Source of the DNA: Breoghania sp. L-A4
Lineage (GTDB): Bacteria; Pseudomonadota; Alphaproteobacteria; Rhizobiales; Stappiaceae
DNA: 32,000 nt
Direction of reading: 5' to 3'
Assembly (NCBI RefSeq): GCF_003432385.1
Contig: NZ_CP031841.1
Coordinates: 4,103,549 to 4,135,548, forward strand
Part shown: piece after piece, positions 1 through 9,713 of the stretch
Numbering within the stretch: position 1 is the first letter of the stretch
Layout: every line of letters starts with the position of its first letter
Made by a program: the position numbers and the translations under genes
Notes under the pieces: model-generated
What the model was told of the DNA's origin: nothing
Database searches by the model: none
Seen by the model: only the letters and a program-made list of their open reading frames with translations

Positions 1-1445
1 AGCGGCACGTCCATGGCGTGGGCCGCCAGCTCGAACGCGGCGACCGCCTGTGCCGGCGCGCCGAAAGCGAGCAAGCTGAACCCGCGGCCCAGCGCCTCGA
101 AGACGTTGCCGCCCGAGGACAGCGCCCGCGGCGCCAGATGGTGACCTGGGCGAGCCTCATAGCAGTGCTGCCCCTTGGCGCTGCACACCGCAGTCTCCGG
201 CCCGAAAACCACCGGCGATCCGGCGTAATTCGGCTCGAACGCCAGCACCTCGGACTTGGAGCCCGCGGCGCGGGCATCGAGCGCCGCCTGAAACGATCCG
301 GCATCCTTGGGCGGGTAGTACGCCTCGAGAAAATCGCGGTCGTCGATGATCGCCGATTCGATGAAATCGCGCGCCGTCGATGCGAAAACGGGACGGCGCT
401 CGGCGTCGTAGCTGTCGAGCAGAGCGTCGCCGCCCCACCCCTCAAGCACCGCCGCGAGCTTCCAGCCCAGATTGCGCGCGTCCTCAAAGCCCGTGTTGAT
501 GCCGTAGCCGCCGTAGGGCGGATGGCTGTGCGCCGCATCGCCCGCAATGAACACCGAACCGTTGCGGTAGGTGTCGGCGATGGCGATGCGCAGATCCCAA
601 AAGCCGATGTGATCGTAGGCGACGTCGAATTCCGCGCCCACGGAGTCATACAGAAGCCCGTTGAAATCGAAATTCTCCTTCGTGGTGCCGGCCGGCACCG
701 GCGCGTGGAAGAACCAGGTCTCGCCGAGATCGACGCGGCCGAAGAAGCGCCAGTAGCCCTTCAGATCCGGGTGCAGCACGTTGTAGAAGGATTTCCCGGG
801 GAACCGTTTCAGCAGCTCGTGCAAGCCGGTCGACCTGAACACCAGCAGCACCATCAGCTTGTCGTGGTCGGTGCGGGTCTGGGTCATGCCGGTGCTCTCG
901 CGCACCACGGAATTCGCACCGTCGCAGCCCACCACGAAACGGCCGCGCAACCGTCGCTTGCCCAATCCCTTCCGCTCTTCAATGTCAACAATCGCGCCAT
1001 CCGCGTCCTGCGTCACATCGACCGCGCGCCAGCCGTAGACAAGCTCGACCGAGGGCAGCACCGCGGCACGATCGCGCAGCACCTTCTCGGTGGCGTATTG
1101 CGGCAAACGCTCGTTGTCGGTGAAGTAGAACGGGCGCACCAGCTCGCGCGGCAGCCAGTCGTTGTAATAGCCCGACAGCAGCGTTCCATAGGCGGTCATG
1201 CCGCCGATGCCGTAATCGCCCGGCACCGTGCGCGCGGCGCGCAGCTCCGGCTCGCAACCCCAGAAATGGAAGTGTTCCGCCGTCCGCTGCGTGAGGTTCT
1301 GCCCCTTGGGGATCGGCTGCGGCTCCGGGTGGCGCTCGACCACGGCGACGGAGATGCCGCGCTGGCCCAGCTCGATCGCCAGGCCCATGCCGACCGGGCC
1401 GCCGCCGACGATCACCACGTCGTGGGATTTGACTTGCACGTTCAC
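1..1445 (-). CDS. FAD-dependent aromatic-ring monooxygenase (class A flavoprotein hydroxylase, PheA/TfdB/MhpA-like); 3' end runs off the window
   Basis: Absent from the ORF track because it has no stop in the window. My reverse-strand translation starts at GTG 1445..1443, preceded by GGAG. It gives VNVQVKSHDVVIVGGGPVGMGLAIELGQRGISVAVVERHPEPQPIPKGQNL (GxGxxG FAD fold). Further on it gives FIAGDAAHSHPPYGGYGINTGFEDARNLGWKLA (GD motif of aromatic hydroxylases). Confidence 0.85.
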   Translation of the reverse strand, partial: MNVQVKSHDVVIVGGGPVGMGLAIELGQRGISVAVVERHPEPQPIPKGQNLTQRTAEHFHFWGCEPELRAARTVPGDYGIGGMTAYGTLLSGYYNDWLPRELVRPFYFTDNERLPQYATEKVLRDRAAVLPSVELVYGWRAVDVTQDADGAIVDIEERKGLGKRRLRGRFVVGCDGANSVVRESTGMTQTRTDHDKLMVLLVFRSTGLHELLKRFPGKSFYNVLHPDLKGYWRFFGRVDLGETWFFHAPVPAGTTKENFDFNGLLYDSVGAEFDVAYDHIGFWDLRIAIADTYRNGSVFIAGDAAHSHPPYGGYGINTGFEDARNLGWKLAAVLEGWGGDALLDSYDAERRPVFASTARDFIESAIIDDRDFLEAYYPPKDAGSFQAALDARAAGSKSEVLAFEPNYAGSPVVFGPETAVCSAKGQHCYEARPGHHLAPRALSSGGNVFEALGRGFSLLAFGAPAQAVAAFELAAHAMDVP

Positions 1446-1617
1446 AGATTGCTCCAGGGTTGTTCGTCTCTAAGTGCCGGTACGCCGGGAGAAACGCGAA
1501 TGGATCCGGCGTCGCACCCTCTCAAACCGGCGGCATCGGGCCGGAGATCCCTCGATCAACCCGCCGTATGCGGGAACAGCCGCGCCGGCCGCGATCGGGA
1601 GTCGTGGACGCCGCCAG

Positions 1618-2445
1618 TCAAGGCCGCGATCCGGGTCCGCCCGCCTCCAGCCCGAGCGGATCCGCGCCGGCGGAATGGCCCGGGGACTCGCTGCGCTCGC
1701 AGAACAGCTGCGCGCTGATGGCGCTCGCCGCCGCCTTCACCTGCGCGCCGACGTCCTTGAGATCGAGATCCGCGAATGTCTCCGCGGCGATGGTGACGCA
1801 GACGGCGGCGATGGGGATCTTCGCCGCGTCGAACACGGGCGCGGCGACACCCACCACGCCCGGCGTCACCTCGCCATAGGCAACCGCGTAGCCGGCCTTC
1901 TTCACCTGGCGGATGCGGGCGCGGATGGCGTCGATGGTGTCGCCCAGACCGATGTCCTGCAGCTCCTCGAAATTACGCTCGATCATCGGCAACAGCTGGC
2001 GGCGCGGCATGAACGCCATGATGGCGCGCGAGATCGCGCCGCGCGCCAGCGGCATCGGCCGTCCGCGCGGATAGCTGGAAAGCGGATCGGGCGTCGAGCA
2101 GGTGGAGGCCACGCACAGGATCTTGTCGCCGTACCAGCGCACCAGCAGCGCCGAGCACGGATAGCGGTCGCTCAGCGCCTTGAGCGAGGTTTCGCCGTTG
2201 AGCACCAGCGCGTCCGACTTGCGCATAAGATAGTCCATCTCGACCACCTTGGGCCCGAGCGTGAACCCGGCGTTGGGCAGCGAGGTGAGCAGCCCCGCCT
2301 CCTTCAGCGTCTTGAGATAGCGGTAGAGCGTCGGCCGGCTGTAGCCGAGCGTCTCCATCAGCTCTTCCGGGGTCCATTCGAGCCGGTCTTCGGAAAACAG
2401 TTCGAGAACGGCGAGAACGCGTTCGAGGCTCGTTTGCGTGGCCAT
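1618..2445 (-). CDS. IclR family transcriptional regulator
   Basis: ORF 1618..2466. Winged-HTH N-terminus SLERVLAVLELFSEDRLEWTPEELMETLGYSRPTLYRYLKTLKEAGLL followed by an IclR-type effector domain. I prefer ATG 2445 (MATQTS), one nt after the TGA of the upstream permease gene. Confidence 0.85.
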   Translation of the reverse strand: MATQTSLERVLAVLELFSEDRLEWTPEELMETLGYSRPTLYRYLKTLKEAGLLTSLPNAGFTLGPKVVEMDYLMRKSDALVLNGETSLKALSDRYPCSALLVRWYGDKILCVASTCSTPDPLSSYPRGRPMPLARGAISRAIMAFMPRRQLLPMIERNFEELQDIGLGDTIDAIRARIRQVKKAGYAVAYGEVTPGVVGVAAPVFDAAKIPIAAVCVTIAAETFADLDLKDVGAQVKAAASAISAQLFCERSESPGHSAGADPLGLEAGGPGSRP

Positions 2446-2446
2446 G

Positions 2447-4387
2447 TCAGACAACACTCTCCGCAAGGCGCTGGCGTTTGCGCCGGACCTCCGATGCCAT
2501 CAGCAGCAGACCGCCGCCGACACCCAGGATGTCGCTGATGACCGCGCCTTCGAACGCCGTCCCGGGCACCAGGGCCGCGAGACCGCAGACGGCGAAGGCG
2601 AGGCGCATGGGCATCGAGAGCCGCGCGGAGAAATAACCCGCAAGGCTTGCCGAGATCAGCCACACGCCGATGCCTGCGGTGACGATCGCGACGCCGATGT
2701 CGAGAGGCTCGCCGATCAGGATCAGCGTCGGCGAGAAGACGAACAGCACCGGAATCACATAGGCCGACCAGCCAAAGCGCATCGCGGCGAGCCCAGTGGC
2801 CATGGCTGGCGCCTGGGCGATGCTGGCCGCGGCAAACGCCGCCAGCGCGATCGGCGGGGTGATCATCGACATCATGCCGAAATACAGCACATAGAGATGC
2901 GCCGCGATCGGCTCGATGCCCACCTGGATGAGCGCGGGTGCTACCAGGGCCGCCAGCAGCACATAGACGCCGAGCGTTGGCAGGCCCATGCCCAGAATGA
3001 TGCAGACCACAGCGGACAGGGCCAGCAGCACCGTGGCGTTGCCGCCGCCCACCTGCACCAGCGCATAGGTGAGATTGAAGCTCAGCCCGGTGACGTTGAG
3101 CACGCCGATGACCAGGCCCGAGGCGGCCGAAATCAGGATGATCTCGACAACCGCGTGGCCGGTGCGCGACAGCCCGCGGAAGATGTCGGCAAGCGACGGC
3201 CGCACGCCCTGATACCCCAGCGCCAGAGAGGTGATGATGAGGGCCACCGCCGCCAGCAGCGCCGCGCGTTCAGGCTGCCAGCGCAGCACGAAGAGCGCGT
3301 AGATCAGCACCGCGAAGGAGAGCACGAAGTGCAATCCGCGCAGCACGCTGGCCGCCGACGGAATTTCCGACTTCGGCACCGGCGCGATGTTCATGCGCGC
3401 GGCTTCCAGATCCGCCTGGATGAACAGCGCGACGTAATAGAGAATCGCCGGCACCAGCGCCGCCATCACGATGGTGGAATAGGGAACGGCGAGGAATTCC
3501 GACATCAGGAAGGCCGAGGCGCCCATCACCGGCGGCATCAGCTGCCCGCCGGTCGACGCCACCGCCTCGATCGCCGCCGCCTTGTGCGCCGGATAGCCGT
3601 TGCGCTTGATCATCGGAATGGTGATGACGCCGGTGCCCACGACATTGGCCACCGCCGAGCCCGAGATCGAGCCGAACAGACCCGAGGCCAGCACGGCGAT
3701 TTTCATCGAACCGCCGCGGAATCCGCCCATGCAGAGCATGGCGGCGTCGGTGAAGAAGCGGGAACCGCCGGTGATCGACAGCAGCCCGCCGAACAGAATG
3801 AAGGTGACCACGACGGTGGAGGCCACCGACAGCGGCAGCCCGAGAATTCCGTTGGAATCATAGGCCATGTAACCGGCGAGCATCTGCCAGTTCTGCGGCC
3901 GTCCGGACAGCCGCCCGGGGATCGCGTCGCCGAAGAGCGCATAGAGCAGAAAGACGGCGATGATGACCACCAGGGCCATTCCGGTGGCGCGCCGCAGCGC
4001 CTCGAGCACGAGCAGGGTGACGATGAGCCCCGGCACCCAGACGGCGGGCGGGCGCGAGAAGATCAAGAGCACCAGCTCCGGATAGCCATAGGCGATATAG
4101 CCGACACTCACGAAGCTGGCGAGCGCGAGCGCGAGATCCGTCCAGGGCACGCGCCTGCGCGTCGTTGCGCGCCGCGCCGGCAGGGTCAGATAGGCGAGCG
4201 TCAGCGCGCAGGCCAGAATGGCCGCGAAGAACTGCTGCGGATAAAAGCCGAGGCCGAGATAGCGCGGAACCGAGAAGGCCCAGCAGATCGCCGTCAGCGT
4301 CAGCAGCATGGCGAGCCCGTCGATGACGGGCCGCAAGACACGCAAGGAGAGGCCGGAGCCGGCCTCTCCCTCACTGGAGTCGCTCAT
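2447..4387 (-). CDS. TRAP transporter fused (DctQ-DctM type, 4TM/12TM) permease, TAXI-associated
   Basis: 646-aa highly hydrophobic polytopic protein located directly downstream (8-nt gap) of a TAXI binding protein. Both the length and the composition are typical of fused TRAP permeases. Confidence 0.85.
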   Translation of the reverse strand: MSDSSEGEAGSGLSLRVLRPVIDGLAMLLTLTAICWAFSVPRYLGLGFYPQQFFAAILACALTLAYLTLPARRATTRRRVPWTDLALALASFVSVGYIAYGYPELVLLIFSRPPAVWVPGLIVTLLVLEALRRATGMALVVIIAVFLLYALFGDAIPGRLSGRPQNWQMLAGYMAYDSNGILGLPLSVASTVVVTFILFGGLLSITGGSRFFTDAAMLCMGGFRGGSMKIAVLASGLFGSISGSAVANVVGTGVITIPMIKRNGYPAHKAAAIEAVASTGGQLMPPVMGASAFLMSEFLAVPYSTIVMAALVPAILYYVALFIQADLEAARMNIAPVPKSEIPSAASVLRGLHFVLSFAVLIYALFVLRWQPERAALLAAVALIITSLALGYQGVRPSLADIFRGLSRTGHAVVEIILISAASGLVIGVLNVTGLSFNLTYALVQVGGGNATVLLALSAVVCIILGMGLPTLGVYVLLAALVAPALIQVGIEPIAAHLYVLYFGMMSMITPPIALAAFAAASIAQAPAMATGLAAMRFGWSAYVIPVLFVFSPTLILIGEPLDIGVAIVTAGIGVWLISASLAGYFSARLSMPMRLAFAVCGLAALVPGTAFEGAVISDILGVGGGLLLMASEVRRKRQRLAESVV

Positions 4388-4395
4388 CGGGGATC

Positions 4396-5358
4396 CTACT
4401 CAAGGCCTGCGTCTTTGAAGAACCGCAGCGCACCGGGATGGAACTCCGCAACGCCGGGGTCGCCCTTCATCTCGCTGGGCTTGAAGGCCGCGAACGGCTT
4501 GAACGTGTCGGCCATGACCTTGGCGTTCTCATGCATCGCCTTGGCCATGGCGTAGACCACGTCGTCGGGCACGTTGGCGTGGGTGAAGATCACTTGCGGG
4601 AAGGCGATGTAGATATTGTCCTCCAGCACGCCCGGCATGGCGCCCTTGGGCAGCTTCTTGAAAAACGCCGTCGGCCAATGCTTGCGCGCCGCGGCAAGCG
4701 CCGCATCGCTCGCGTCCGCCACGGGAAGCGCCCGCAAGCCGCCGACCGCCGCATCCGCCTCCCGCACCTTGCCCGCGCCGTGGGCGAAGATGAAGCCGTC
4801 CGCTTCACCGGCGATGAAGGCATTGGCGCCCGCGACGACGCTCGGCACGTTGACCGGCTTCATGTCGGCGCGGGTCATTCCCGCCGTGGAATAGAAGGCG
4901 TCGAGCTGCGGCAGAATCGTGTTTTGCGCCGTGTAGCCATCGACCATCGGCCGGCCCTTCAGGTCGGCGATCGACATGATGTCGCTGTCCGCGCGCACGA
5001 AGATCGCCTCAACGAGCGGCATCAGCATCGCCACGACGCGAAGGTTGGGGTTCTTGACGCCGTTCCACCAGGCCTCGCCCGTGACCGCATAGTTGACTTC
5101 CTGCAGATTCGCCACGCCGAACTCGATACCGCCGGAATTGATGAACGGAATGAACTGGTTGGGGCTGGTCGCGGGCTGGATGGTGGTGTTCAGCCCGGCC
5201 TGGTTGGCCGCATTGGCGACCGCGCTGCCGATGTTGTGGAACAGCGACCCCGGATTGGATGTCGCGATTCCGACGGTCTGCGCCGATGCGGCGCTTCCCA
5301 GCGTCGCGGCGACGGCCATGGCGGCGGCGAAGGCCGCCGAGGTGATGATCTGACGCAT
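4396..5358 (-). CDS. TAXI-family TRAP transporter solute-binding protein
   Basis: Signal peptide MRQIITSAAFAAAMAVAATLGSAASAQ, then TVGIATSNPGSLFHNIGSAVA...GGIEFGVANLQE, which is typical of TAXI receptors. Strong RBS GAGGGAGGG upstream of the ATG. Confidence 0.85.
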   Translation of the reverse strand: MRQIITSAAFAAAMAVAATLGSAASAQTVGIATSNPGSLFHNIGSAVANAANQAGLNTTIQPATSPNQFIPFINSGGIEFGVANLQEVNYAVTGEAWWNGVKNPNLRVVAMLMPLVEAIFVRADSDIMSIADLKGRPMVDGYTAQNTILPQLDAFYSTAGMTRADMKPVNVPSVVAGANAFIAGEADGFIFAHGAGKVREADAAVGGLRALPVADASDAALAAARKHWPTAFFKKLPKGAMPGVLEDNIYIAFPQVIFTHANVPDDVVYAMAKAMHENAKVMADTFKPFAAFKPSEMKGDPGVAEFHPGALRFFKDAGLE

Positions 5359-5531
5359 GTGTTTCCCTCCCTCAGAATGCCGCCCGGTTGCTCCGAAGCG
5401 TACACAAAACTCTTATATTGAGATTTTGAGCAGAATGCACTTGCGCGGCGGCGGCTGACAAGAGGAAACTGCGCGCAAATGACGCGACCGTACCAAGGCA
5501 CGCGCAAGGAAGGCCATTCGGAGGGGATGCA

Positions 5532-7244
5532 ATGACGGCGGACACGACCAAGGCTCGGCCAAAAAACGGCGCCGAGGCGATGCTTCTCGGTCTCAAGCGC
5601 GCCGGGGTGGACTATCTGTTCGCCAACGCCGGCACCGATTTTCCGCCGGTGATCGAGGCGATCGCATCGCTGGATCCCGGCGCCATACCGCAGCCCGTGA
5701 CGGTACCGCACGAGACCGCCAGCGTCGCCATGGCGCATGGCTATTACCTGGCCACGGGCCGTGCGCAGGCGGTGATGGTGCATGTCAACGTCGGGCTCGC
5801 CAACGCGGCGATGGGCGTGATCAACGCGGCGTCGGACAATGTGCCGGTGATCGTCATGTCGGGGCGGACGCCGATCACCGAGCGCGGCCGTCCGGGCGCC
5901 CGCGCGACCCCGATCCAGTACGGCCAGGAGATGTACGACCAGTCTTCGCTGGTCAGCAACGTGACCAAGTACCACTACGAAATGCGCTATCCCGAGCAGG
6001 GCGACAGCCTGACGGCGCGGGCGTATGCGCTTGCGATGAGCGAGCCGCGCGGACCCGTCTATCTCAGCCTGCCGCGCGAGCCGCTGATGGAGGAGATCCC
6101 GGAGCACCTGCGCGACCCCTCCCCGGCGCAAACGCCCGCGACACCGGCGCAGCCCGACCCCGCTGCCATCGCCACCGCGGCGCTGTGGCTGAGCGAGTCA
6201 AAAGAGCCGCTGATCCTGATCCAGCGCAGCGACCCGATTGGGGCCACCGCCGCGGAGCTCGCCGCCTTCTCGCAGCGGTTCGGCATCGCCGTCGCCGAGC
6301 CGTTCACGGTGCGCAACGTGATGCCCGGCGCGCATCCGATGTTCCTCGGCAACGATGTGAAGGGTCCGCTGGAACGGGCCGATGTGGTGCTGGTGCTCGA
6401 TTGCGACATTCCGTGGATCGAGGCCTTGCACGCGCCCGCGCCCGGCAAGCGCATCATCCATGTGGGCGCGGATCCGCTGTTCCAGCGCATGCCAGTGCGC
6501 GGCTACCAGACCGATCTCGCCATCACCGCCGATCCGGCGGCCACGCTGAAGGCGCTGGCCGCGGCGCTGCCAGAACCCGATCTCGCGGTGACCACGCGGC
6601 GCGGACGCATCGAACATGCCTCTCATGAACGCCGCGCGGCCGTGGCGCGGACGGCGGCGGAAGGCAGCGGAAGCCCGATGAGCGCGGAGTGGATGAGCCA
6701 GTGTCTGAGCGAGGCCATCGGCGATCAGGCGATGGTGTTCGGCGAGCTCGGCGTGGTGCCCGGCGCGATGACCCCCGCCGGCCCCAACCGGATCTTCAAC
6801 AACCCGCACTCCGGCGGGCTGGGCTGGGCGCTGCCCGCAGCCCTTGGCGCGCAACTGGCCGACCGCAGCCGTCTGTGCGTCGCCTGTATCGGCGACGGTT
6901 CCTACATCTTCGCCAATCCTGTGGCCTGCCACCAGATCGCCGAGGCGCTGGAGCTGCCGATCCTCACGATCATCAAGAACAACGGGATGTGGAACGCGGT
7001 CCGCCGCTCGGTGCTCAACAGCTATCCGCAAGGCGAGGCGGTGCGCGCCAACACCATGCCGCTGACCTCGCTCGAGCCGGCGCCGGACTATCTGAAAGTG
7101 GCGTCAGCCAGCCGCGCGCATGTGGAGCGTGTCGAAAACGGCGCGGATCTGCCCGCAGCACTCGCCCGCGCGCTGACAGTCATCCGCGTGGAACGCCGCC
7201 AGGCCGTGCTTGACGTTCGCATCGCGGTGTCGGACAGGCATTGA
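5532..7244 (+). CDS. Thiamine diphosphate-dependent enzyme (acetolactate synthase large-subunit-like family)
   Basis: 570 aa. N-terminal Pyr domain NGAEAMLLGLKRAGVDYLFANAGTDFPPVIEA. C-terminal PP domain with a GDGSxxF...NN Mg/ThDP motif (CIGDGSYIFANP...IIKNNGMWN). RBS GGAGGGG. Confidence 0.8.
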   Translation: MTADTTKARPKNGAEAMLLGLKRAGVDYLFANAGTDFPPVIEAIASLDPGAIPQPVTVPHETASVAMAHGYYLATGRAQAVMVHVNVGLANAAMGVINAASDNVPVIVMSGRTPITERGRPGARATPIQYGQEMYDQSSLVSNVTKYHYEMRYPEQGDSLTARAYALAMSEPRGPVYLSLPREPLMEEIPEHLRDPSPAQTPATPAQPDPAAIATAALWLSESKEPLILIQRSDPIGATAAELAAFSQRFGIAVAEPFTVRNVMPGAHPMFLGNDVKGPLERADVVLVLDCDIPWIEALHAPAPGKRIIHVGADPLFQRMPVRGYQTDLAITADPAATLKALAAALPEPDLAVTTRRGRIEHASHERRAAVARTAAEGSGSPMSAEWMSQCLSEAIGDQAMVFGELGVVPGAMTPAGPNRIFNNPHSGGLGWALPAALGAQLADRSRLCVACIGDGSYIFANPVACHQIAEALELPILTIIKNNGMWNAVRRSVLNSYPQGEAVRANTMPLTSLEPAPDYLKVASASRAHVERVENGADLPAALARALTVIRVERRQAVLDVRIAVSDRH

Positions 7245-7270
7245 GGGGGGCGCGTTCCTTGTGAGTGCAG

Positions 7271-7308
7271 CCCCTCACCCCAGCCCTCTCCCTGAAGGGA
7301 GAGGGGGC
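7271..7308. repeat. REP-like GC-rich palindromic element, family A (CCCCTCACCCC..CCCTCTCCC-loop-GGGAGAGGG)
   Basis: Hairpin stem 7284-7292 / 7297-7305. The same unit recurs at 12071-12110, 17027-17063 and 17137-17168. It lies between the convergent ThDP-enzyme and hss genes. Confidence 0.7.
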
Positions 7309-7339
7309 GGATACGGCGGAACGGAGCGGCACGGTCCTT

Positions 7340-7390
7340 CCTTCTCCCCGCCGGGGAGAAGGTGGCGCGCACGCGCCGGATGAGGGGGGG
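7340..7390. repeat. REP-like element, family A long variant, inverted orientation
   Basis: CCTTCTCCCCgccGGGGAGAAGG followed by tGGCGCGCAcGCGCCGGaTGAGGGG. Close counterpart at 16949-16993 (CCTCTCCCatgGGGAGAGGtcGGCGCGCAtGCGCCGGgTGAGGGG). Confidence 0.7.
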
Positions 7391-7476
7391 CGGATGCGGC
7401 GGGCCGGGTGACGACGGCGGCGGGTTTGGCGGGCGTGCGACAGAAGCCAACCGTCCCCGGTCTGACTCTGCCCCCC

Positions 7477-9036
7477 TCACCGCACCAGGATGTTGCGGAA
7501 CTGCCAGGGGTCGGTCTCGTCGATATCCTCGGGGAAGAAGCCGGGGCGGTCGTCGAGCGGGGTCCAGTCGGTGTAATATCCCTTCACCGGGCCCAGATAC
7601 GGCGTCTGGATTTCCAGGCAGCGGCGGAAATCCATCTCGTCGGTCTCCACGATGCCGGCGTCCGGATTCTCCAGCGCCCACACCATGCCGGCGAGAACGG
7701 CGGAGGTCACCTGCAGGCCGGTGGCGTTCTGATCGGGCGCCAGTTCGCGGGCTTCCTGGATGGAGAGCTGCGAGCCGTACCAGTAGGCGTTCTTCTTGTG
7801 GCCGTAGAGCAGCACGCCGAGCTCATCGATGCCGTCGATGATCTCGCTCTCCTCCAGCAGATGGAATTGCGGCTGGATCTTGCCCGCACTGCCGAACAGC
7901 TCGTGCAGCGAGAGCACCGCGCCGTTGCACGGGTGATAGGCGTAGTGGCAGGTCGGCCGGTAAACCGCCTTGCCATCCTTCTTCACCGTGTAATAGTCGG
8001 CGATCGAGATCGCCTCGTTGTGGGTGACCAGAAAGCCGTATTGCGCGCCCGGCGTGGGGCACCAGGTGCGCACGCGCGTGTTGGCGCCGGGCTGCTCGAG
8101 ATAGATCCCCGCCTTGTTGCCCTTCTTGTGCTTGCGCGCATTCTTGGGCATCCACGTCTCATGCGTGCCCCAGCCCAGTTCGGCGGGCTGGAAGCCTTCC
8201 GAGAGGAACCCCTCGACGGACCAGGTGTTCCAGAAGACGTCGAGCGGCTTGGGCTTGTCGGAGATCTGCGTGTCGCGCTCGGCGATGTGCACGCCCTTGA
8301 CCCCGAGCTTCTGCATCAGCTTCGCCCAGCCCTTGCGTGTCCTGGGCTCGGGCGTATCGACGCCGGTGTCGCGGGCGATGTCCAGCAGCGCCTGCTTGAC
8401 GAACCACGAGACCATGCCCGGGTTGGCGCCGCAGCAGGAGACCGCGGTGGTGCCGCCGGGATGCTTCTTCTTCTCCCGGCGCACGGTCTCGCGCAGCGCA
8501 TAGTTGGTGCGCGCCTCGATGCCGGCGTCCTTGTCGAAATAGAAGCCGGGCCACGGCTCCACGACGGTGTCGATATAGAGCACGCCGAGCTCGCGGCAGA
8601 GCTTCATGATATCCAGCGAGGAGGTGTCGACGGAGAGGTTGACGCAAAAACCCTGGCCCTCGCCTTCGGTGAGCAGCGGCGTGAGGACCTCACGATAGTT
8701 TTCCGGCGTCAGCGCGATGTTGTTGAACGCGTAGCCGCGCTCGACCACCGCCTTGCCTTCCTCCTCCAGCGGATCGATGACCGTCAGCCGCGCCTTGTCG
8801 AAGCTCAGGTGACGTTCGATCAACGGCAGCGTTCCCTTGCCGATCGAGCCGAAGCCGATCATCACCACGGGACCCGTGATGGCGCCATGCACCGGCCACG
8901 GCTTGCCCGGCGCCTTGGCGGCGGGCCGCGAGGCCGTGGGCCTGGAGGCGGCGGCCTTGGAAGCGGGCTTGGGATAGGCGGATTTGGCGGAGGATTTCGG
9001 CTTGGTCTTGGCTGCCGGCTTGCGGGAGGTCGTCAT
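7477..9036 (-). CDS. hss: Homospermidine synthase
   Basis: Near-colinear with bacterial HSS as I recall it. Matching stretches: WPVHG.ITGPVVMIGFGSIGKGTLPLIERH, GFCVNLSVDTSSLDIMKLCRE, TAVSCCGANPGMVSWFVKQAL, PTCHYAYHPCN, DPWQFRNILVR. I prefer ATG 9036 (RBS AAGGAA) over the track start at 9096. Confidence 0.93.
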   Translation of the reverse strand: MTTSRKPAAKTKPKSSAKSAYPKPASKAAASRPTASRPAAKAPGKPWPVHGAITGPVVMIGFGSIGKGTLPLIERHLSFDKARLTVIDPLEEEGKAVVERGYAFNNIALTPENYREVLTPLLTEGEGQGFCVNLSVDTSSLDIMKLCRELGVLYIDTVVEPWPGFYFDKDAGIEARTNYALRETVRREKKKHPGGTTAVSCCGANPGMVSWFVKQALLDIARDTGVDTPEPRTRKGWAKLMQKLGVKGVHIAERDTQISDKPKPLDVFWNTWSVEGFLSEGFQPAELGWGTHETWMPKNARKHKKGNKAGIYLEQPGANTRVRTWCPTPGAQYGFLVTHNEAISIADYYTVKKDGKAVYRPTCHYAYHPCNGAVLSLHELFGSAGKIQPQFHLLEESEIIDGIDELGVLLYGHKKNAYWYGSQLSIQEARELAPDQNATGLQVTSAVLAGMVWALENPDAGIVETDEMDFRRCLEIQTPYLGPVKGYYTDWTPLDDRPGFFPEDIDETDPWQFRNILVR

Positions 9037-9105
9037 CGCGATCAATTCCTTTCGGTGGCCCGCCTTGTCACAACGGCGTGTGGCCTGTCCTTTCAAGATA
9101 AGATG

Positions 9106-9131
9106 CCCGCGCGGCGGGCGTGCCGCGCGGG
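9106..9131 (-). terminator. GC hairpin between the GNAT gene and hss (candidate terminator/attenuator)
   Basis: 9-bp stem CCCGCGCGG / CCGCGCGGG with an 8-nt loop, starting about 14 nt after the GNAT stop. On the minus strand it is followed by CATCTTATCTT, which is only moderately U-rich. Confidence 0.35.
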
Positions 9132-9144
9132 TGCAACTGTCGCG

Positions 9145-9702
9145 TCACGCATCGAGACGCAGTTTCGGATGGCCCCAGGGGCCGCGCTTGTTTTCGCCGC
9201 ACATCGGGTCGGCAGCGCCGTCGGCGAGCACCATCCCATGAGCATGGACCAACGCACCGGCGACCAGTTCGGTTGCCAGCAGCCTCGCCCGATCCACCGG
9301 ACCTGGCAAGTCGAGCCCTTGCGCCAGCCCGGCGGAAAAGCCGAAACGGCTGTAGTATTCGGCATCGCCCACCAGAATGACGGCCTGATGACCGGCCATG
9401 GCGGCACGGTTGAGGCCCGCGCGCATGAGCTTGGCGCCCAGCCCGCAGCCCTGATGCAGATGCGACACCGCGAGCGGGCCGAGCAGCAGGGCCCGGCAGC
9501 CGTTCACGGTGACATGCCACAGCCGCACGGTGCCGATCAGCGCGCCACTGTCGCTGTCGGTCGCGCTCAGCGCGATCGCCGGCAGGCGGCCTTCGCGCAG
9601 CCGCTCGCAGGTCTTGGTGAACCGCTCGGCCCCGAAGGCGGCATCGAGCAGGCTCTCGCGCGCGCCGTGATGCCAAGACACCTCGTCGGCAATGTCGATC
9701 AT
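9145..9702 (-). CDS. GNAT family N-acetyltransferase
   Basis: 185 aa. Acetyl-CoA motif region LAVSHLHQGCGLGAKLMRAGL, matching Q/RxxGxG/A. It sits between odc and hss. Confidence 0.8.
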   Translation of the reverse strand: MIDIADEVSWHHGARESLLDAAFGAERFTKTCERLREGRLPAIALSATDSDSGALIGTVRLWHVTVNGCRALLLGPLAVSHLHQGCGLGAKLMRAGLNRAAMAGHQAVILVGDAEYYSRFGFSAGLAQGLDLPGPVDRARLLATELVAGALVHAHGMVLADGAADPMCGENKRGPWGHPKLRLDA

Positions 9703-9713
9703 CGAAGCCCGCC

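Noticed and set aside
18-1718. 566-aa plus-strand ORF
   Set aside because: It is antisense to the FAD monooxygenase, whose reverse-strand translation carries clear GxGxxG and GD motifs. The plus-strand product is Arg/Ala/Gly-rich with no motifs, a typical high-GC shadow ORF.
2438-4555. 705-aa plus-strand ORF
   Set aside because: It is antisense to the TRAP permease and the TAXI gene. The translation is an R/D/H/G/E low-complexity string, while the opposite strand gives a coherent polytopic membrane protein.
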